DNA of 42,740 nucleotides from an uncultured bacterium (GTDB lineage Bacteria; Cyanobacteriota; Vampirovibrionia; Gastranaerophilales; Gastranaerophilaceae): NCBI GenBank assembly GCA_902802935.1, contig CADCNZ010000089.1, positions 1 to 42,740 of the forward strand, read 5' to 3'. Shown piece by piece: positions 37,733 to 42,740 of this stretch (position 1 is its first letter; each line of letters starts with the position of its first letter). The notes under the pieces were generated by a model. It saw only the letters and a program-made list of their open reading frames with translations, ran no database searches and was not told where the DNA came from. The position numbers and the translations under genes were made by a program.

Positions 37733-38851
37733 ATGATAAATTTGGTTGTTGGCGCAGGCATATCCGGAGCTGTTATTGCAAATCTAATAGCAACAAAACT
37801 GGGCGAAAAAGTTCTCATTATTGATAAGCGTTCGCATATTGGCGGAAATTGTTTTGATTATCGTGATGATAACGGAATAATGATTCAAAAATACGGTTCA
37901 CACATTTTTCATACATCTGATAAGAAAGTTTGGGATTACGTAAATCATTTTTCGAAATTTAATAATTATGAGCACAAAGTTTTAGCAAAATTTGAGGATA
38001 AAATTACAACTGTTCCGTTTAATATTAACTCTTTATATGATGTTTTTGATAATAAAAAAGCAAAAATTCTTGAAAAAAAACTTATGGATTTATTTGAACC
38101 TGAAACCAAGATTTCGATTCTGGAATTTCAGAAACAAAATGATAATGATCTAAAAGAATTGGCAGAATTTATATATGATAAAATTTTTTTAAATTATACA
38201 CAAAAACAATGGGGAAGAAGTTTATGTGATTTAGATTCTTTAGTAGCTTCACGAGTTCCTGTTTTTATAAGTAAAGATAACAGATATTTTCAAGACAAAT
38301 ATCAAGGAATCCCTGAAAATGGATATTCAAAACTAATAGAAAATATGCTTGAAAACGAAAATATTCAAATACAATTAAATACCGATTTCAAATCAATAAA
38401 ACATTGTAATTATAAACGAATTTTTTATTCAGGTTCTATAGATGAATTTTTTATCTATAAATACGGATACTTACCGTATAGAAGCCTTTCTTTTGAATTA
38501 AAAAAATACAATAAAGAATTTTATCAAAATAATTCTGTTGTTAATTATACTTGTGAAGAAGATTATACAAGAATTCACGAATACAAATATTATTTGAATG
38601 ACAAATCACCTAGTACCATAATCGCAAAAGAATACCCTTGTGAATTTATCGACGGACAGAATGAAAGATTTTATCCAATACCGGATGAGAAAAATATCTA
38701 TCTTTATGGTAAATATATAAAAGAGGCTGAATTAATAAATAACGTTTATTTTTTAGGAAGGCTTGGAAAATATAAATATTTTAATATTGACATGGCAATT
38801 CTTGATGCTTTGAACCTATTTGAATCAAGAATTTTAAAGGAGAAAAAATGA
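37733..38851 (+). CDS. glf: UDP-galactopyranose mutase
   Basis: GAGISG, IGGNC.D, YGSHIFHT, YT.KQWG, YF.D.YQG.P, ER.YP, GRLG.YKY. Confidence 0.93.
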   Translation: MINLVVGAGISGAVIANLIATKLGEKVLIIDKRSHIGGNCFDYRDDNGIMIQKYGSHIFHTSDKKVWDYVNHFSKFNNYEHKVLAKFEDKITTVPFNINSLYDVFDNKKAKILEKKLMDLFEPETKISILEFQKQNDNDLKELAEFIYDKIFLNYTQKQWGRSLCDLDSLVASRVPVFISKDNRYFQDKYQGIPENGYSKLIENMLENENIQIQLNTDFKSIKHCNYKRIFYSGSIDEFFIYKYGYLPYRSLSFELKKYNKEFYQNNSVVNYTCEEDYTRIHEYKYYLNDKSPSTIIAKEYPCEFIDGQNERFYPIPDEKNIYLYGKYIKEAELINNVYFLGRLGKYKYFNIDMAILDALNLFESRILKEKK

Positions 38852-40071
38852 ATATATTTGAAGAACTACAAGAAAGAGGATTAATCGCACAAGTTACTGA
38901 TGAAAAAGAAATAAAAGATTTAATCAATAATGGCGGTGCCAGATTTTATATAGGATTTGATCCGACAGCTGATTCTCTTCACGTAGGTCACTTTATGGCA
39001 CTATGTCTTATGAAAAGACTTCAGATGGCAGGAAATAAACCTGTTGTATTGATTGGCGGAGGAACAGGATATATAGGGGACCCCTCAGGTCGTACGGACA
39101 TGCGCTCCATGATGACTCCTGAAACCATTCAGCACAACTGTGACTGCTTTAAAAAACAAATGGAAAGGTTTATTAAATTTGGTGACGATGCGGCAATTAT
39201 GGTAAATAATGCTGATTGGCTTTTAAAATTAAATTACATAGATTTATTAAGAGAAGTTGGAGCATGTTTTTCTGTAAATAATATGCTTCGAGCAGAATGT
39301 TATAAGCAAAGAATGGAAAAAGGTTTAAGCTTTTTGGAGTTTAATTATATGATAATGCAAGCCTTTGATTTTTACCATCTTCATCAAAATTACGGATGCA
39401 ATATGCAATTTGGTGGTGATGATCAGTGGAGCAATATGCTTGCCGGAACTGAATTAATCCGCAAAAAAACAGGCGAAGATGCTTATGCAATGACAATTAC
39501 TCTTTTAATGAATTCTGAAGGCAAAAAAATGGGTAAAACAGCAAAGGGAGCTGTATGGTTAGATCCGGAAAAAACATCTCCTTTTGAATTCTATCAATAC
39601 TGGAGAAACGTTGATGATGCAGATGTAATGAAATGCATTAAAATGCTTACATTCCTTCCAATGGAACAAATACGAGAAATGGAAAATTGGGACGACGCAA
39701 GAATTAATGAAAAGAAAAAGATTTTGGCATACGAACTGACAGAACTTGTACATGGAAAAGAAGAAGCAGATAAAGCAGTCGTAACATCCGAAGCTCTTTT
39801 CGGCGGAACCGGAGCAATTGAAAACATGCCGGAAGCAGAAATAAAGGAATCTGATTTAACCGATAATGTTATAAGCGTTGTAAATCTTGTTGTGAGCTGT
39901 GGTATGGCAGCAAGCAAAGGTGAAGCAAAACGACTTATCCAACAAGGTGGTATAACCGTTAATGACGAAACAATTTTAGCATTAGACAAACATTATAATA
40001 AGACCGAACTCATTGAAGGTCTAAAAGTCAGAAAAGGTAAAAAACATTACAAACTTGCTATATTTAAATAA
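38848..40071 (+). CDS. tyrS: Tyrosine--tRNA ligase
   Basis: GFDPTADSLHVGH, GDPSG, GG.DQW.N, KMGKT, C-terminal S4 domain. Confidence 0.97.
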   Translation: MNIFEELQERGLIAQVTDEKEIKDLINNGGARFYIGFDPTADSLHVGHFMALCLMKRLQMAGNKPVVLIGGGTGYIGDPSGRTDMRSMMTPETIQHNCDCFKKQMERFIKFGDDAAIMVNNADWLLKLNYIDLLREVGACFSVNNMLRAECYKQRMEKGLSFLEFNYMIMQAFDFYHLHQNYGCNMQFGGDDQWSNMLAGTELIRKKTGEDAYAMTITLLMNSEGKKMGKTAKGAVWLDPEKTSPFEFYQYWRNVDDADVMKCIKMLTFLPMEQIREMENWDDARINEKKKILAYELTELVHGKEEADKAVVTSEALFGGTGAIENMPEAEIKESDLTDNVISVVNLVVSCGMAASKGEAKRLIQQGGITVNDETILALDKHYNKTELIEGLKVRKGKKHYKLAIFK

Positions 40072-40091
40072 TGCTATATAATTAACATAAA

Positions 40092-40433
40092 ATGAAAGTC
40101 GAAAGCATAAACCAATCACAAAATTTTAGGGGTATAAAATTATCAAAATCACAATTTCGGGCTTCGCGCGGAATTGTACAAGCTGTGCAATTTATGGGAG
40201 CTCGTTGTCCGGGGTACAAAGTTTATTTTGGAAACTATAAGGATATCGCAAAACAAGCATCAATATGTAATTATATAAGAGAAAAATATCATTTTGATCA
40301 AAATGAATTTGGAGTTGTATATTTTCCGGTAACTAATGATACGTATATGATTTCTAATAAAATGTATGAACAAAAACTTCTGGATTACGTAAAACTTATA
40401 GATAAAAAGGCTTTCATAAATTTGTTTGTATAA
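40092..40433 (+). CDS. Hypothetical protein with MKVESINQSQNFRG N-terminus
   Basis: 113-aa ORF; TATAAT 9 nt upstream, no SD. Confidence 0.65.
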   Translation: MKVESINQSQNFRGIKLSKSQFRASRGIVQAVQFMGARCPGYKVYFGNYKDIAKQASICNYIREKYHFDQNEFGVVYFPVTNDTYMISNKMYEQKLLDYVKLIDKKAFINLFV

Positions 40434-40448
40434 TTATTTGAATAATTA

Positions 40449-40510
40449 TTTGTTAATTTTTGTAAAACTTTAATATAAATATCTAAAGTTTTTCATAAAA
40501 ATGACGATAT
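40449..40510 (+). promoter_or_regulatory. Composite promoter: TGTwA direct repeat + sigma28-type promoter
   Basis: ttTGTTAAttttTGTAAA (40449-40466), 17 nt, TAAAGTTT (40484-40491), 11 nt, GACGATAT (40503-40510). Confidence 0.68.
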
Positions 40511-40548
40511 ATATTTTGTAGGATAGATTGTTCGTCGAGGTATGTATC

Positions 40549-40671
40549 ATGGAAAAAGAAATGAAATTAGATTCAGGCATTGAAAAAGATTATAAAGAAT
40601 GCAAAGAAAAAGTAGAGGTTCTAGAGAAATTTTTAACAATGCTGGTTAAGGGATTTGCTCCTGAATATTAA
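40549..40671 (+). CDS. Unannotated 40-aa small protein
   Basis: GAGGT RBS 7 nt upstream; MEKEMKLDSGIEKDYKECKEKVEVLEKFLTMLVKGFAPEY. Confidence 0.65.
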   Translation: MEKEMKLDSGIEKDYKECKEKVEVLEKFLTMLVKGFAPEY

Positions 40672-40725
40672 ACATATTAAAAATTTTAATATATCGAACC
40701 GATTATTGTACACAGAAATTAAATT

Positions 40726-40766
40726 CTCTATGCGGTTTTGCGTATAATATGCAAATCCGCATAGAG
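40726..40766. terminator. Long hairpin between convergent genes
   Basis: ctctatgcgg.tttgc / gcaaa.ccgcatagag inverted repeat. Confidence 0.7.
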
Positions 40767-40779
40767 TTATTGTTTTAAA

Positions 40780-41208
40780 TTATATAATTCTTATTTTATG
40801 CAAAAATCTCTTTATTGATGAAATAGTTTTATTATTTAAGTAATGAGATAAATTGCAATCAACCAGCTCTTTTTCAATTTTTTTCATTGATTCAGGAAGA
40901 TTTTTTTCGTAAAAACTTTTATAGGCAGAAAACTCTCCTTCTGTGAAAGAAAGTTTTTTAACTGCAACCGGCTTTGAAATCGCACGCTGAATTACATATT
41001 CATTATCTGTAGGAATTGAAGTTTGATATGTTTTTGAAGCAAGTGCTCTTGCGATAGATGATTCTGACTCATTCGCAAACGGATGATAACGATTATCTAA
41101 ATAAATATCAATAGTAGAAAACTCATCCGGTGATAAGCTTTTTGTTTCTTTTGTTTTTTCCCATAAACCATTAAAAGATGTGTTGTTTACAATTGGCATA
41201 ATTTTCAT
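40780..41208 (-). CDS. Hypothetical protein with MKIMPIVNNTSFNG N-terminus
   Basis: AGGAGG RBS 8 nt before ATG 41208. Confidence 0.75.
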   Translation of the reverse strand: MKIMPIVNNTSFNGLWEKTKETKSLSPDEFSTIDIYLDNRYHPFANESESSIARALASKTYQTSIPTDNEYVIQRAISKPVAVKKLSFTEGEFSAYKSFYEKNLPESMKKIEKELVDCNLSHYLNNKTISSIKRFLHKIRII

Positions 41209-41387
41209 ATTTTGCACCTCCTATTCCATATATTTTGCATATAGTATCATATTTAATAAAAAAATAAAATAAAATTTGACAAAAATTTACATTATCTATG
41301 CAAAAAATTAAACAAATTAAAAATCTCTTCCGTTTAAAAAATCTTAATTGAAAGTTTCTTTAAAATGCACTTGAATTCTGATAAATT

Positions 41388-41600
41388 TTAATCAGCTAAT
41401 GACAAATATTTATCTTTAATATCAAGAGCAATATATCGCGCCTGTTTTTCTTTTAGTCCGATATTTTTTTTAACCATTATCAAAATATCCTCTAAACTTG
41501 GGTTTTTACCCTCTCCATTGATTGTTGTTGCGTGTTCTTCATTAAATGAAGAACTGTAAGTCAAATCATATGCAGGAGACAAATACCACTCTTTTTTATT
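41388..41600 (-). pseudogene. hipA: C-terminal remnant of a HipA-family toxin gene
   Basis: KKEWYLSPAYDLTYS...EHATTING.G.NP resembles the HipA C-terminal L(S/A)PAYD motif; no start or N-terminal kinase part. Confidence 0.75.
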
Positions 41601-41607
41601 ATGATGA

Positions 41608-42333
41608 TTATTCCCATTTATTTAAAAATCTTAAGTAAACATGTAATATTCCATCTTTATCAATATTAGGATTTTCTAATACTTCATATAATGATCCGGC
41701 TGGTACAACGGCCTCATTTTTAATTTCACCGAACATCGCCCCCTGTGTCCTTGGCGGCATAATAGCTTGTAATTCAGATATTTGAGAGCCTTCTGGTAAT
41801 TCTATCTCAATTAAAATGCCATTGTGGCCCTTATTATAAATATTTGCCTCTTCTGCAGAATTTGTTATGTAAGCATAACCTTTGTCAGGTAATACCACTT
41901 GCCCCTTTCTATAGCTTAAAAATTGTTGATATTCACTATCTGAAATATTTTCAATACCTCTGTAGTATTTTTGTTTTTTAGCCATTTTGGGCAATAATTT
42001 AAATTCATCATTTAATCTTTGCTTCATTGTTATCGGATTTTCTTTTATTGGAATTTTTCTATAATATTGACCGATGCCTGTTTTTACAGAATTTGGCATA
42101 TAACTCATTGCCATATATTGTAATTGATCAACAATTTGTGCATCAGGATTTCTCAATACATCATTTAAATTTGTTTTAAAATATATATTATCAAAATGTC
42201 CTTGCGTACATTTAGATTTTATCTCTCCAAAGCTTTTTGTTAATAATGAAAGTAAATTTGCCCCCTCTGCTTTAGCTTTAAATTTTGGGGTTGTATATTT
42301 GTAATTATTTTGATTTGTAATTTTTATTTCCAT
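41608..42333 (-). CDS. ADP-ribosyltransferase-fold protein (VIP2/C3-like, atypical motifs)
   Basis: YYRG, DKGY, ILIEIELPEG, NEAVVPAGS.YEV in canonical order. Confidence 0.75.
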   Translation of the reverse strand: MEIKITNQNNYKYTTPKFKAKAEGANLLSLLTKSFGEIKSKCTQGHFDNIYFKTNLNDVLRNPDAQIVDQLQYMAMSYMPNSVKTGIGQYYRKIPIKENPITMKQRLNDEFKLLPKMAKKQKYYRGIENISDSEYQQFLSYRKGQVVLPDKGYAYITNSAEEANIYNKGHNGILIEIELPEGSQISELQAIMPPRTQGAMFGEIKNEAVVPAGSLYEVLENPNIDKDGILHVYLRFLNKWE

Positions 42334-42549
42334 AACAACCTTTTATTGCTACATATATATATAAAGTTGTAAAGAATGTAGTTTTGACATAAAATCATAA
42401 ATTTTTACAAAATTTAACAAAAATGTCTCAAAATCCCTGTTACTTTTGTAAACCTAGCTTGTAGGTTGGAATTTTTGCACCAAGAGAATTCTCAAACTTT
42501 TTATATTCTGGGGGAAATACTTCAAAACTCCCGTCTTGGATTTGCTGCT

Positions 42550-42740
42550 TGGTTGTCGGCGTGAAACGAGTTGCGTGTTTTGCTGTCGCAAAACAACTCC
42601 ACTCTCTGCCGACAATCCGCTCCACGCTCGGAAAGTTTCGTTTTATAACATGTGAGAAATTTTAACGATAAACTTCCACTCTTAATTTACCCCTTGAACC
42701 TTCGGTTCAAGTTTGCTCAATTCCCTCGCTATCCGGACTA
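42550..42740. other. GC-richer, hairpin-rich non-coding element running off the window edge
   Basis: Nested stems ttgtcggc/gccgacaa, gagttg/caactc, gttttgc/gcaaaac; cttgaac-cttcgg-ttcaag. Confidence 0.5.

Noticed and set aside
286..39989. Numerous short antisense or overlapping ORFs in the track (e.g. 286-669, 3218-3574, 8052-8507, 11379-11741, 35942-36304, 39594-39989)
   Set aside because: Shadows of well-supported genes, with no SD or recognisable motifs
40542..40583. Alternative 13-codon ORF from ATG 40542
   Set aside because: Directly abuts the SD; ATG 40549 has proper spacing and a longer frame
42440..42625. 61-aa ORF
   Set aside because: GTG start inside a palindromic element; more likely non-coding

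Overview
AT-rich bacterial chromosomal window. The gene repertoire points by inference to a non-photosynthetic cyanobacterial relative (Melainabacteria/Vampirovibrionia, Gastranaerophilales-like): short cyanobacterial-style SSB, AMIN amidase, flagellin and an anaerobe-type NfnA. The backbone is housekeeping: leuC-type dehydratase, mtnA, DtnK/PdxA-type pair, ssb, prs, murA, mfd, PrsA-like foldase, amidase, murI, tsaD, obgE, tadA-like, pheA, purA, NfnA-like, SMR, glf and tyrS. Lineage-specific genes are interspersed. The most notable signals are: (1) two unannotated 40-42 aa genes behind an identically spaced composite promoter, a 10-bp-period TGTwA direct repeat (HLR1/RpaB-like) + 17 bp + sigma28-type TAAAGTTT-N11-G(C/A)CGATAT, with related direct repeats before other accessory genes; (2) otherwise unrelated proteins sharing an N-terminal M(K/R)I..N/S-rich..F(x)G/A motif, one carrying an atypical VIP2/C3-like ADP-ribosyltransferase domain next to a hipA remnant; (3) an orphan flagellin with a GLUG-like insert and a structured leader; (4) two probable pseudo-enzymes, further small ORFs, a (GGGAC)n tract and candidate structured RNAs. 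No rRNA, tRNA, CRISPR array or transposase was recognised. All calls are by eye and no database search was run.
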